From Camelus dromedarius (taxonomy: Eukaryota), in assembly GCF_036321535.1 (NCBI RefSeq), contig NC_087469.1:4154001-4218000 (forward strand): a stretch of 64,000 nt of DNA. Reading direction: 5' to 3'. The notes under the pieces are model-generated. The model searched no databases and was not told the origin of the DNA. It was given only the letters and a program-made list of their open reading frames with translations. Below are positions 23,482 to 35,209 of this stretch, piece by piece. Made by a program: the position numbers and the translations under genes. Numbering within the stretch: the first letter of the stretch is position 1; each line of letters starts with the position of its first letter.

Positions 23482-26400
23482 CCCAAATCTCAGGGCCTTG
23501 TTTGTGCTGCTCCCTATTCTGCGGCCTGGAGGATGGGATGGGCAGGGAGGGAGACAAAAAGGACCGCTAGACCGAAAGCTCCTCAGTTAGATGCACCCAA
23601 CGTCACAGCACCCTGAGCTCACACTTGGATGCTGAGATCATACCCGGAAGCTGACACTGGCTCCAGATCAAATTCCTGGCCATAATTTTCTCACAATGCA
23701 ACAAAAGAGAGAGTGATCCTGGGAGGGAAAAGGGATATGCCATCCAAACAGCCCGGAGGGCACTGTCTGAGCCAGTGATTAGAGACACAAAAACAAGGGT
23801 CTCCAGACTGTCTGGCCTGTTTTGGGTAGGGGTTGGGAAAAGAGCTTTTGGTTGCAGAGTTGCCTAAAGCCCTGTTTTCCCGTGCTAAGTTCTGTCCACG
23901 AAAAATGGTCTCTGATACTGAAGGACACGGGAACAGTCACAGAAGCCTCTGCCATTGTCACCGAACCACAAAGTCCCCTCACCTCCTGCCTATGAAAGAA
24001 AGCATTTATTTCTAACCTTGAAACATTCCAAAGAGAGGAATCACTGCATCGTTCCACCCAATCCAAGGCTAAATGCAAGGGCGCTAGGGCTGTCGGTGTG
24101 GGGGTGATGACCAGAGAAACTTCCTTTGGAAGTAGAGTCTTACTTAATACTAGGGGTATGATGTATTAAGGAAAGTCTGGGGGGCTGACCTCTCAGTTAC
24201 CTCTGTAATTAAGAGAGCATGCATGTATATGATTTGAGGAGTGTCCAGAAGACCCCCCTGCCCCCAAATATATGAGGCTGTGATAGACACCTAAAATTCA
24301 TCCATTAAAGTGGTTGATTCTTAATTTTTTGGGTTAAAGATCCTTTTGAAAAATCTGATAAAAGTAATAGATCCTCTTACCAGAAAAATACACATGCTCC
24401 CAAATTTGGCGTACAGTTTGAATAGATTCACACAACTCTTGAGCTCCATTCATATGCCCCTTTTAGGGAAGCGTGGACCCCCAGGATAGGAACCCTCACT
24501 TGAAGAATTCAATTCTTCGTTAAAGGATTTCTGTCTATTAAAAATGAAAGCTTGCCTTAGAGAAATAACTATTGATGTATTCTTCTGTTCATTCATTCAA
24601 CAAACATTTATTAACCCCTAAGTAATATACTATGGAGGTTATACATTGTAAATATAAATTTAAAACTATGCTCCTTTATGGCCTACTTTCAGGAATCTGA
24701 ACATCTAGTTGAGAAGAAAAAGAATTTTAAAACGATCCTATTCAGACTTCAACTAGAACAGCTTCAGATTGATCTGTTTTGTAATTAGAATTTTTATATG
24801 AGCTTTATTTAAAAAAAAAAAAGGATTCCTTAGCTAGAAGAAATTTGAAAACTCTGATTTAGTTCAAATCCCCATCCCATTCAAATTCTTTGAAGATTAT
24901 TAGTCAACTCCTAGGACGTTTTGAGCGACAGCAAATTTACAACTTCATCAAGTAGTCCGCTTCATTTTCTTATTGGACACATGTGTTATAAACTCTTCTA
25001 CTGAAACAAAATCTGCATGTCAGTAACTTCTGTCCGTTGGTTCCAGTTTCGTCCAGAAAAATAAATGCAACCCTTCTTTCATTTGTGAGTTGCTTCAGAT
25101 ATTTAAAAATAACCATCCTGTCCTCCCATGGCTTCCCTTTCTCAACTAAACATGCCTCCTTCTTTTAAACCTATCTTCTTTTAAACCTATCTAGGACTTT
25201 TTCCATACCACTTTTAACTCAGACAACTTTCTCTTGAACATAATAATGCCTTTTAACAATTTAACTTGAAATTCAACATGTAAACCTAAGTTTATTATTC
25301 CAGTCATGGACTGATTGGCGCAGACTTCAGTGGAATAATCAGTACCCTTGTTTATCACTCTAGACTTCTGTTTGTTCTTTTTTTTTCCCTAGACTTCTGT
25401 TAACGCTGCTTGGGGTATATCGGGTTTTCTGGCTACCACAAGACACTGTTGGTTCCTTTGGAGTTTCTGGTCATATAAAATCTCAGGCATTTTCCTTTAA
25501 GTTTTTTCTTTAGATTAGATAATGTGGCTGAAAAGGGACCAGATTGTGGAGGGCTTTGAGTGCTAGGCTAAGAAGTTTGGGTAACAGGATGAAAAGAGTA
25601 CAGTGATCGGAAAAGTACAAAATGCATTGCCAGGAAGGAGCCTGGCCATGCTTGTTGAGGCTAGTGCAAAGGCCCAGCACAAGATAGCAGAGGGGATGCT
25701 TTACCATCTAACAGTGAGCCGAGAACAAAAAAGTAATAATAACAGCAGCTAGGACTTACCAAGAGGGTCCCATGTGCCAGGCTCTGGACGAGAGCTTTAT
25801 ATATATTATCTCATTTAATCTTGTGTAGTTCTATACTGGGGATGGGAAGCTGAGTGGTTAAGAAGTGCTAAGACCATTCCAATAATAGAATCATACGATT
25901 TTTGAACAGAAAGGGTTTTAGTAACGAGTTCAGCCCTCCATTTTACAGTCCTAGGGGAAAAAAAAAGTGATTTTCCCACATTAATTCCAATAGCAAGGGA
26001 GAATATAAAAGGAATCTATTTCCCTACATTTTAGTTTCCAAGAGAGTCCAGTATTCAACCTCAGATTCTGGACAGGGATGATAAGAGACCGATACCGATT
26101 ACCTTGAAAGTGAAAGTCAATTAAACCTGAATAGTCCTGGGGAAACGTAGGTAAGCCTCTTTATTATAGAGGATATATTTCAATGACAGTGTGATGTAGT
26201 AGCGAGACATTTCCTAAGGAAGCTCAGAGCCCTTTTCTATCTCAGGTTTCTTTTTACTGAAGTGTGAAGCTCCAAGTTCACGGCTTCATCAAAACAGCTC
26301 CAAATTGTGAAGGTGAGATTGCTCTCACCTGGAGCCCGTGTGTGTTCCTCTACCCTTTGGCTGGGAGCAGTCACCTGGGAATCTTTCCAGCAGGTGGCTT

Positions 26401-26542
26401 CCAAAGTCCAACCTGTTAGGTTGAAATCTGACACTGACAGAGGCTCCCTGGGAGCTGCTACTGAAAGCTAAACCAAGAACCAGGAAATGCACAAGCCTCT
26501 TTCTGTGGAAAAACAGCTGGACTCCCTGGGAGACAGAGCACC

Positions 26543-26574
26543 ATGGGAAACCGGCTCTGCTGTGGGGGAAGCTG
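26543..26574 (+). CDS. C11orf52: C11orf52 coding exon 1 (32 bp)
   Basis: accATGg; MGNRLCCGGSW; donor TG|gtgagt. Confidence 0.9.
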
Positions 26575-27416
26575 GTGAGTAGGGGCAAATGGTGGAGGGT
26601 AATGTCTCCGTCGGTGGACACGGAGGCCTCGAGATTCAGAGAGCGCCTGCAGAGAGCTCTCTGCCAACGTCCCACTGTCACCTGCTTCGCCTGGCGCCTC
26701 CAGGAGCCAACACCAGAGCAGCACTCCTTTTTGTGCCCTCTCCTTTCAGGAAAGCTCGAAAAACCCAGCCAAGCCAGCTGTCTGTAGAGTAGCCAGGGCA
26801 GGGCTGGAATGGTGAATTGATATCTTCTCTGTCTTCCTCTTCCTCTCCTCTCCCTTTCCTCTCTTCCTTTCTCCTCCAGATAATGATAATAATTGTAGCA
26901 TTTGGGAACGTATTCTGTTCCAGACACTTTACAAAAAAATCTCATGTAATTTCCCCAACAATTCTGAGGGAGGTGGCCTTATTCCTGCCGTTTTACAGCT
27001 AAGAAGCTGAGGCTCAGAGACGTTCACTAATTTGTGTCTGGGGTCACATGACTCGTAAGCAAATAAACCAAGATTCCAACCCAGAGCTATCTGACTTCAA
27101 AGCCGATACTTTTAACCACTGCATAATACTGCCTGCCAAATCAAGCAAATCAACTTTGGAGAAATGTTTATGTAAAGGGGCAGAAGTGAGGAGGAGGATG
27201 AGAAATGTCCACGGAATATTTGAATTTAACTTTCACACTTATTTGCTGTGTGACCTTAGGCAAACCCTGTAACTTCTCTTTTTCCTCGTATATAAAATAT
27301 AGATAACACAACCCGTGTTGCTTAGCTCATGGGTTTGAAGAGCAGAGGATGTGCAGAAGTCTCTCAATAAATGAATTATAATGTCTTTATCATTCTTTCC
27401 CAGAGTTTGTCATGGC

Positions 27417-27800
27417 TGTTGTCAAATAACAAAAATACAACCAAATACATTTTAAAGATTTCATTGGCTTTCTTGAATGGTTCATGAGTCGGGCAGCAAC
27501 TCATCCAGCAAGCAGAAAGGAGCTCCAAGGAGCTGTACAAAATGGAAGGCTTTTATAGGCAGGAGGGGGAAGGGATCAGGAACTGGTTGGGTGACCTCAT
27601 CCTCCTTTGGGCGATGGAAAAGGTCTGTGTGGCAGATGACCTCATTGGTGCTCACCAGAAAATTCCCAAATGGCCACTTAAGACTATGTTCGTTCCTGGG
27701 GAAGGCTGAAACTCTAGTTAGGCTACGTATTGAGTGGTGGTTTGGTGGTGTGAACTTAGCACAAGAAACTCCATTTGGGGCCTGTTGTTTCTTTTTAACA
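27417..27800. mobile_element. Solo LTR (ERV-like, ~384 bp) in C11orf52 intron 1
   Basis: TGTT...AACA inverted termini; TATA-like ttttata suggests minus orientation; no clear target-site duplication. Confidence 0.6.
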
Positions 27801-28334
27801 CGATAAACCCCTGGACCTGGTTTTATCCTGTCCACTGCATTCTTAGCTCTACCACTCCGTGCCTGCATGAGTCTTAAGGATGTTCTTTATGAGTAAAGTG
27901 TCGTTACACTTAGAGAGGTAGGTGAGGTCCATTGAAAAGCACATGTGGTTTGGAGTCAGTACATTGGATTCCAGTCCTGTTCCTCCTACTCATTCATGTA
28001 TCCATTCATTAATTGAACACATATTTTATTGAAAACCTATGTGCATCAGGCATAGTGATAGGTGCAGAAGACACAGCAATCATTGGAAATTTGGTTCCTG
28101 CCTTCTTAAGTAAGATACCAAAGTTCTAGGGCCTTAATTGGCTCATCTGCAAAATAAGAACAATAATATGTGTTTCCCAGAATATCGTCAGGACTGAAAA
28201 AAACAGATGAAACACTTTTTAAACTCTGAGATGTCCTATAGACATAGGACATCTGGAAACATAAAAACTTCCAGAGGAGGGGGTACAAAGCACCTTTCCC
28301 TCCCTTTCTTCCCAAGTCTTCATAGTCGTTGTCT

Positions 28335-28560
28335 TCTTTTTTTTTTTTTTTTTTTTTTGAGTTCAGTTTTTGTTTAATTGAAGTATAATTGCTTTACAAT
28401 GCTGTTAGTTTCTGGTGTACAGCATAGTGATTCAGTTATACATATATATATATATTCTTTTTCACCATAGGTTATTACAAGGTATTGAATATAGTTCCCT
28501 GTGCTATACCGTAGGACCTTGTTTACCTATTCTGTATATAGTAGTTTGTATATAGTAATG
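28335..28560 (-). mobile_element. 5'-truncated L1 3' end with polyT
   Basis: T run then ttgaagtataattgctttacaatgctgttagtttctggtgtacagcatagtgattcag; same family as copies at ~13970, ~43940 and ~57840. Confidence 0.85.
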
Positions 28561-31141
28561 AAAAAAAAATCTTGATAAAGATGACCAATCAGCAAAACAA
28601 AAATAAAAACAACACAATTCACACTTAAGCTAGACATTAGAACATGTCAAACACTATTTTAAACGTTCTATATATATAGACTTATTTAACCTTCACAGCA
28701 ACCCTATTTCCATTTTAGGAAATAGATAAGGAAACAGAAAAGAGAGATAAGCTGGTAAGGTGACAGGCTGGTTAGCAGTGAGGCCAGATTTCAAGTCTCC
28801 CTGTTTTAACTCTGAAGCCCAGTCCCGCACAATCACTACACTCGACCGAAAGACAGCCAGGTCTTCATAGTCTTCAGTTCTGATTATTTCTTCCTCTGAT
28901 GGTGGTAGTCATAGTAGCCAGCTTCTACTGATGCTCATGTGCCACCTAGCTGAATATTTTACATCTATTATTTTATCTAATTTTTACAATAATCCCCTGA
29001 AGTTTAAGTTCTATTATTATCTTCATTTTATTAATAAGAAAATGGAAGCCTGGTGAAATAAAAAACTTGCTGAAGGTCATACAGCTAGTTTGATACTGTC
29101 AGTCAGACTCTAGAGCCTGGTTAGAAACACTACGTCAGATATTCTAACCAAAATATATTTTTTCCTCTTAAAACATGAGTAGGATAGGACAAATACTGTT
29201 CTCCTCTCATTATCTCAATAAATTTCCAGAAACTAAAAGACACTATGACACTTGGAGAGATTTTTATTTAAATTTTTTTCCTGATTACAAAAGTAATACA
29301 CATTCACTGTAGAAAATGTGGAAAATACCAAAGAGCAGAAAATAAGAAACAATCATAAATTTGAGCACCCAGAGATGACAGGAACATTTTAGTATATTTC
29401 CATGTCATCCTTTTAAAAAGTCTATCTAATCCCAAAACATGCTATCCTTCTATTATCTTAAGAGGAAAAATTTCCATGCTATTAGGTGTTCTTCCAACAT
29501 CTTTCTTAAATGCTTGTATGACGTTCCATTGATCGGAGATGCCATTTAGTTAGTTAGTTCCCAATGTTGGACATTAAGGATATTTCCTGCTTTTTGCAAT
29601 TATAAATAAGCCTACAATGAGCTTCTATATCTGCACCCGTCTGATTATTTCTTAGGCTATGGAATTGCTGCATCAGAGGGTACACACATTTATGTTTAAG
29701 GCTTTATCCTTATTGCCAATTGCATTCTAGAAAGATTGCACCCATTTTTATTCCTACAGCCAATATAGGAGAGTGCCCACTTAGGTTCTTTAATTCTGAG
29801 CTAAAAATAAAATCCTGTCACCCGTGAGTCTAACTGAATATTCCATTTGGGTTGTGTCCAGGCATTGTGCAACCTCCAACTTGGGAACAGGCTGTGTTCA
29901 CAAAAATGGAGTTGCCCAAGTCTATGTTATTTTAGAATTAATATTCTCTTTATCCGTTTAAGTAGAAGTAAGTAGGAAGACAAGCGTGACAAGGGACGAG
30001 GAATTAGAGGCTCAGGCTATGGCTGCAGCGGTACGAGAAAGGAAGAGCTGAAATGGCAGAAGAGGAAGCAGAAAGACACAGAAATAATTTCAAAGCTTTT
30101 CTTCCGAACCACCTGTAGAGTTCAGTGGAGACTAACTGCTCGACCCTCAGCAAGCTGCATTAAAACTGAAAATCCAACCAAAACACAAACCTCTGTCTGA
30201 TACGTGTGGAAAAATCCCGATTTTTCTACAGTAGTGAAATGAACATGATTTAGAAATCCCTGCCCACCCCTGCCCTCTCTTTTTCTTTTTAATTAGGAAA
30301 AGAAAGAAACTTCCTTGAGGAGAAGTCAGACAAGTAGGGTTGGCTCTGGTGACAGTGGGAAATGTACGAGCAAGAAAAAGCATCCGGAGTAAGCCACAAA
30401 CTATTCAGACAAGTGTCGCTTCTCTGCCCGTCAAACAGTTGACAATCACGTAGACACACTGGCTCCACTGGGGACCCCAGGGGCCCAGAAATGCGTCTGA
30501 GAGGCCTGTCCTGCAGCGAGGGCAGTGTAGCTGAGTCACTCACCAGGCTCAGAGCGCCCCGTGCTGTGGACGTTAAAGGTTAAGCCTCTCTCACTTCCTC
30601 TGTTAATTAAAAACAAGGACAAAGAAGTGAAGAGGGAGGTCACCTGTCAGGAAAGGGCTTTGCGGGGCCCTAACTGTTAGCCCTGGTGGTGGCAGCTCCT
30701 GTGACTTCCAGAATGAGAACCCCGGGTTGGCAGAGACCCTGAAAAAAAGACACCAGAGAAGAAGCAAGAGGGTCTCCGAACCCAGGAATATCCCATTATT
30801 TGGCAGGTTTCCCTTACTGTCTGCTGGGAATAGCCTGTAGACAATCCCAGAATAGCCCTCAGCCCGGCTCCATCCCTGGCACGGAGTGCCTGGTTGCCTG
30901 AGGCTGTATTTTGGGTTTGGTTATGTCAGTTGTACCACTCCGCCTTCCAGAACCATCCCTTTGGAAGATGTGTGGTACCCTTAATAAATGCTTTGGGGCT
31001 GGCTCAGGGTGAATCTTTGTTGGGGTGGTGGTGGTAAGGGAAGGTCATCCCAAAATATTAAGGAATTTACACAGCAAGTGATGTAGAGGGAAGGTAGAGC
31101 CCAGGTTCTCACATGTGAGTGATTTGTTTTTCCCTTCACAG

Positions 31142-31179
31142 GAGATGCCCATCAAGTTTCCAGAGGAAAAAGAAAATGG
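31142..31179 (+). CDS. C11orf52: C11orf52 coding exon 2 (38 bp)
   Basis: cttcacag|G AGA TGC ... ATG G|gtaacg; RCPSSFQRKKKM, phases fit both neighbours. Confidence 0.88.
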
Positions 31180-31662
31180 GTAACGGAAGTTGGGAGGGTG
31201 GGGGGATTCTGGTGTGGGGGTGCAAATTAGAGAAGAGAATAGAACCAATGTCTTTAGAAAGGGCCTAACGGGCAAGGACTAAAAGGAGACAGATCACCAA
31301 AATGAATCTTTAAGTTGCTGGGTTCAAGACCAGTTCTGAAACTCAGAGTCTCATCCTTTCCATCATCTCAGAGTGGCAAGGTTGTTGCTCATTCTTTCAT
31401 TCATCCAGCAAAAATTTACTGAATACTTATACTGTATGTGAGGCACTCTGCAGGGCCCCAAGGAGGCAGAGAGGCCCAAGAGGAAGGGCACGTGGTCTCG
31501 GCCCTAAAAGAGCTGAAAACCAAGTTTGAGAGAGAGATACATGTAAGCAAGTAATTGTAATTCCATCTACTAGTGCTTCCAAAAACACCAGTGAAGCAAG
31601 GTCACACGTTAGAAGAGGAGCAGAGAGGAGGGGATATTTTAGGCAGGGGAATTATCTCATGC

Positions 31663-31752
31663 AGAAAGAAAAAAAAAAAGAAAGAAAGAGAGAGAGAGAA
31701 ATAGGAAAGAAAGAAAAAAAGAAAGGAAGGAAGGAAGGAAGGAAGAAAGAGA
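31663..31752. repeat. Polypurine tract (A/GAAA/GA/GGAA)
   Basis: About 90 bp of purines only. Confidence 0.92.
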
Positions 31753-32170
31753 GTGACTTGACGGAAAGTGACTGAATGTTTGGCGCAGCTGAGCTCTAAC
31801 CATGTTGCCCTGTAATAGTGTGTATACTCTTATGTGTCTCCCTGAACAGACTATAAACTCCCAGAAGCGAAGAAAACAGCTTACTTATCCTTCTATCCCC
31901 AGAATGTGGTACAGAGTCCGGCATACAATCGGCTCTCAACATACATTTGTTGAACTATGTGAGGGGCCAGTGAAAACTTAGGATGGAAGATGTTATGGGC
32001 AGATTGTGCAAGGGCCAGGTTGGATACTCTGCGAAGGAGTGAGAGATGAGAGGAGACACAGGGAGATTAGTTAGAAGCCCACCATGATAATTTAATAGAG
32101 ATTTGAAGAGGGCAATCTTCACAGAGAGCAGGAAGAGAAAATGGATTTAAGTCATATTTCTTCCTCCCAG

Positions 32171-32226
32171 GGAACCACACAAGTTGGACACCAAAGCAGC
32201 AGCAGCAACAGCAGAGTTACACAAAG
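32171..32226 (+). CDS. C11orf52: C11orf52 coding exon 3 (56 bp)
   Basis: ctcccag|GG AAC CAC ... ACA AAG|gtaatg; GNHTSWTPKQQQQQQSYTK. Confidence 0.85.
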
Positions 32227-32462
32227 GTAATGACAGGCTTCGGTCCCTTTTAGGGGATGCTCAGACATGGGATCCTAGGACTCAGCTTTTCCATCCTGGG
32301 ACAGACACTTCTCAGTCATCTGTAACCTTGCTGGTTCTACCCAGTTTCCTCTGTTCCCTCAACGGAGCAAAGCAAAGAAACATCAGTGTAATTGACCCTG
32401 CATTGGAGGTGAGGGGCAAAATCAAGCCAAGAATATCCCTTAATGTTGTCCATTCCTCTCAG

Positions 32463-32711
32463 GGCCATGCCACAGCGGGACATACGTATGAGCAACTGTT
32501 AAAGCAGCCTGCGTCTCAGGAGAGGAGTCAAGGTCTCAGGTCTGAGGACAGCAGCTTACATTACGCAGACATTCAAGTGTGCAGCGGTACCCAGCCACGC
32601 TCTGCCCAGGAGGTGAAGCACCTGCAAATGGAAAATGCCACAGAGTATGCGATCCTTTGCTTCCCCCAGGCCACACCCCGCTATGATAACAAGAATGGGA
32701 CCCTAGTGTGA
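32463..32711 (+). CDS. C11orf52: C11orf52 coding exon 4 (249 bp)
   Basis: ctctcag|GGC CAT; GHATAGHTYEQLL...SSLHYADIQVC...ENATEYAILCFPQATPRYDNKNGTLV*; total 375 nt = 124 aa. Confidence 0.92.
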   Translation, partial: GHATAGHTYEQLLKQPASQERSQGLRSEDSSLHYADIQVCSGTQPRSAQEVKHLQMENATEYAILCFPQATPRYDNKNGTLV

Positions 32712-33362
32712 GCCCTGGGGAGGGAGGACCTGTTTCATCATTTCATCACTAGGGCTGTGGGGGAGAATCTACTGCTTTGGGGGACTGGCTGGCAGCCCAG
32801 AGATGGCAGACGTGTTTTAAGCTTAAAGAACTCCAGAGTCCCTGGAATTGTGAGTGGCTCAAGTCTTGCTCTTTTCTCTAGACCTGTCTCTTATTTGCTA
32901 CCATTAGCTTGGAGCTGTATTTGAGTTACCTGGGGGTGGACGGAGTTCCACAAAATGAGGGGTCTAGGTTGAGTGTGCAGGAAGGTAGGGTTCTGACCCC
33001 CCTACCTTTGCTCCTGCTCTCAAGAAAAGCGCAGATAGAACAGGTTACCCTTGAAGCACCTGCACATGAGCTAATTTTATTGGAGTTAATTTGATGGTAT
33101 CCCTTTTACACACCTTTAACTCCAAGGCTGAAGAAGAAGAGGTGCTCTGGAAAGCTTCTAGGGCTGGCCAGGGCAATTTCCTCAGTGGCTGGGTCAAGGG
33201 TCCCAGACTTAAACAGACAAATGAGGGCAGGGGCTGAGGAAGCGTGTTCTGACCATCAGGTACAAGGACGTCAAATCACCACTCATATCGACAGCACTGA
33301 GAGGCCCAGAAACTCCTCTTGGTTGGACTGTTTTCTCTTGCGGGTGCAGAGCCATTAGGATC

Positions 33363-33368
33363 AATAAA
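33363..33368 (+). terminator. C11orf52 polyadenylation signal
   Basis: First AATAAA I found after the stop codon, about 650 nt downstream. Confidence 0.7.
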
Positions 33369-33379
33369 TCACATAAGGA

Positions 33380-33908
33380 ACGTGCCTGGTGCCTTTTCTG
33401 GGGTAGAGGTCTGCGGGCTCTACTAAGCGCATCGGATCTCACGCAGCCTCAGGGCAGTGCGGAAGGCCAGCCACTTTCCGCCCCACTACCGGCGAAGGCC
33501 AGAGTAGAGGCCGGGGTGTGATTTGGCCCCGCGAGAGGCAGGCTCCCATCTGCAGCAGGCGGAGCTCCCTGGGCGGGGTCCGGACGGGCAGGAGGCGGGG
33601 TCGGGGCCGGCAAGAGGCAGGTCTGGACAGGCAGGGGGCGGAGTCTTGGCAGTCAGGAGGCGGGGTCGGGGCTGGCAAGAGGCGGGGTGAAGGCCGGCAG
33701 ACGTTGCGGTCTTAGCCATTAAGAGGAGAGTCTGGATGCGCAGGGGGCGGGGCCCGAGCCGGCAGGGGGCGGGGCCCGGTCGGGCAAGGGCCGGCCCCCG
33801 CGTCACCATGGCAGCGGGAACGCAGAGGCGACACTGTAGCAGAAGGAGGCCGTGCTCAGAAGGGCTGGGAACCGAGATGCGGAACCAGACACACAGATGA
33901 TTTAAGAG
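33380..33908 (+). promoter_or_regulatory. CpG island with GC-box array; probable upstream promoter and non-coding first exon of DIXDC1
   Basis: Many GGGCGG boxes; strong donor GAG|gtaggt at 33908/33909; candidate downstream exon at 35516. Confidence 0.65.
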
Positions 33909-34574
33909 GTAGGTGCTAAAAGGTGGCGGGTACCTGGGAAGTATTATTTACCACCGGTTGTACCGTCTAGACCAGAACTGGGGACACACGAATGGGGCGA
34001 GGGTATAGTGGGAACAAAGAGGTGGAGATTTCAGGTTCAGAACTCTCTCCGAGCTTTGCAGGTTCCTAGTGTGCAGTTCCTGATTCAGACTTTCAGAGCT
34101 TGGGGACTTCCATTTCTCAATCTATGCACCATCCTCCCCAAATACCGCCGCCACTGGGTTTGTCCCTGAGAGGGAAGATTTCTTAAGGTTGATAGAGTAC
34201 TGAAAATGGAATCACAGTACAAAAAAGTTTGAAATAATAGTACTTCTTAGAGTGTGAGATGAAAGCACTTGGAACAGTTCGTGGTATGTGGGCAAATGTT
34301 GGCCACCGCGATCACCATCATCATCGCTACCATTATTTTCTGGGCCTGTTCTCTGGCACAGAACTGGTGCAAGTGGATTCAGAAGAGGCAGAAAAGGTGG
34401 CTAGAACACTGCCTGCATTGCTAATTGCAGAACAACTTACTAGGCTGTTTCCTATCAGCTGGGGAGTAATAAAATGAACCCTATTTCCAAGAGTTGTTTA
34501 CTGTGGTGGTCAAATAAGACCATATAGGTGATAGCACTTTGTAAACTTCAAGTACTTGATAAAAATTTCTGCCT

Positions 34575-35209
34575 TGGGATATAAGTTCTGCCGTTCTAGG
34601 TTAAAACTTAATTCCTGAGGATGAAGGGAAGAGTGAGCCCAAAGCAGAGCTCCTGGTTATTTCTTCTCATTGTCTTCAGAATCCTTCCTGAGGTCTTTGA
34701 CTTAATGGAAGAAATTTTTCACGTATTGAGATATGGGGAGGTCATTCTGGCTTATGCATGATTTAACTTGAATTTTGTGCTAACAATAAAAGCCTGTTTG
34801 TGGCCTATGAAACATACATTGTACATCTGCTTTAATCGTTATTGAAAAGGGTACATTGACTAGAAGTAAATAATGTCCATGTTAAAAGTAAAGATTAAAC
34901 GTCTCCTTTCCTGGGACACCAATGCTGGTATTCCTTCAATGATGACTACCTTCCCAGGTGCCAAGGCTGTACTGGCTCCCTGTGTACATGCTGATCTATT
35001 TTTTTAAACCTTGAAGGAATGCATCCCTCACTTGTTCAATGTTCTTTGTTCTGACAAGACTTAAAACTGTGCTGAAAACCATGCTTCTCGGAAGCAGTTC
35101 CTCAGAGTATTTTGAGAGGCTCTTTCCAGACTATGGTCCTCAATTTGGCTCAAATAAAACTTTTTTTCTCTGCCTATTATAGATTGTCTATTTATTATTT
35201 CCATCAACA
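34575..35209 (+). mobile_element. Solo LTR (ERV1-like)
   Basis: AATAAA at 35153-35158 followed about 50 nt later by a ...TCAACA terminus; left boundary uncertain. Confidence 0.55.

Noticed and set aside
28316-28872. 12-bp direct repeat gtcttcatagtc flanking an L1 end, possible target-site duplication
   Set aside because: The interval also holds older MIR-like sequence and the right copy is 300 bp from the L1 boundary; chance or local duplication is as likely.
32184-32462. N-terminal half of the 175-aa ORF ending at 32711
   Set aside because: Wrong frame for exon 3 and runs through intron 3; only 32463-32711 is coding.
33564-33790. Regularly spaced repeats as a CRISPR-like array
   Set aside because: Eukaryotic context, degenerate units, no unique spacers and no cas genes.
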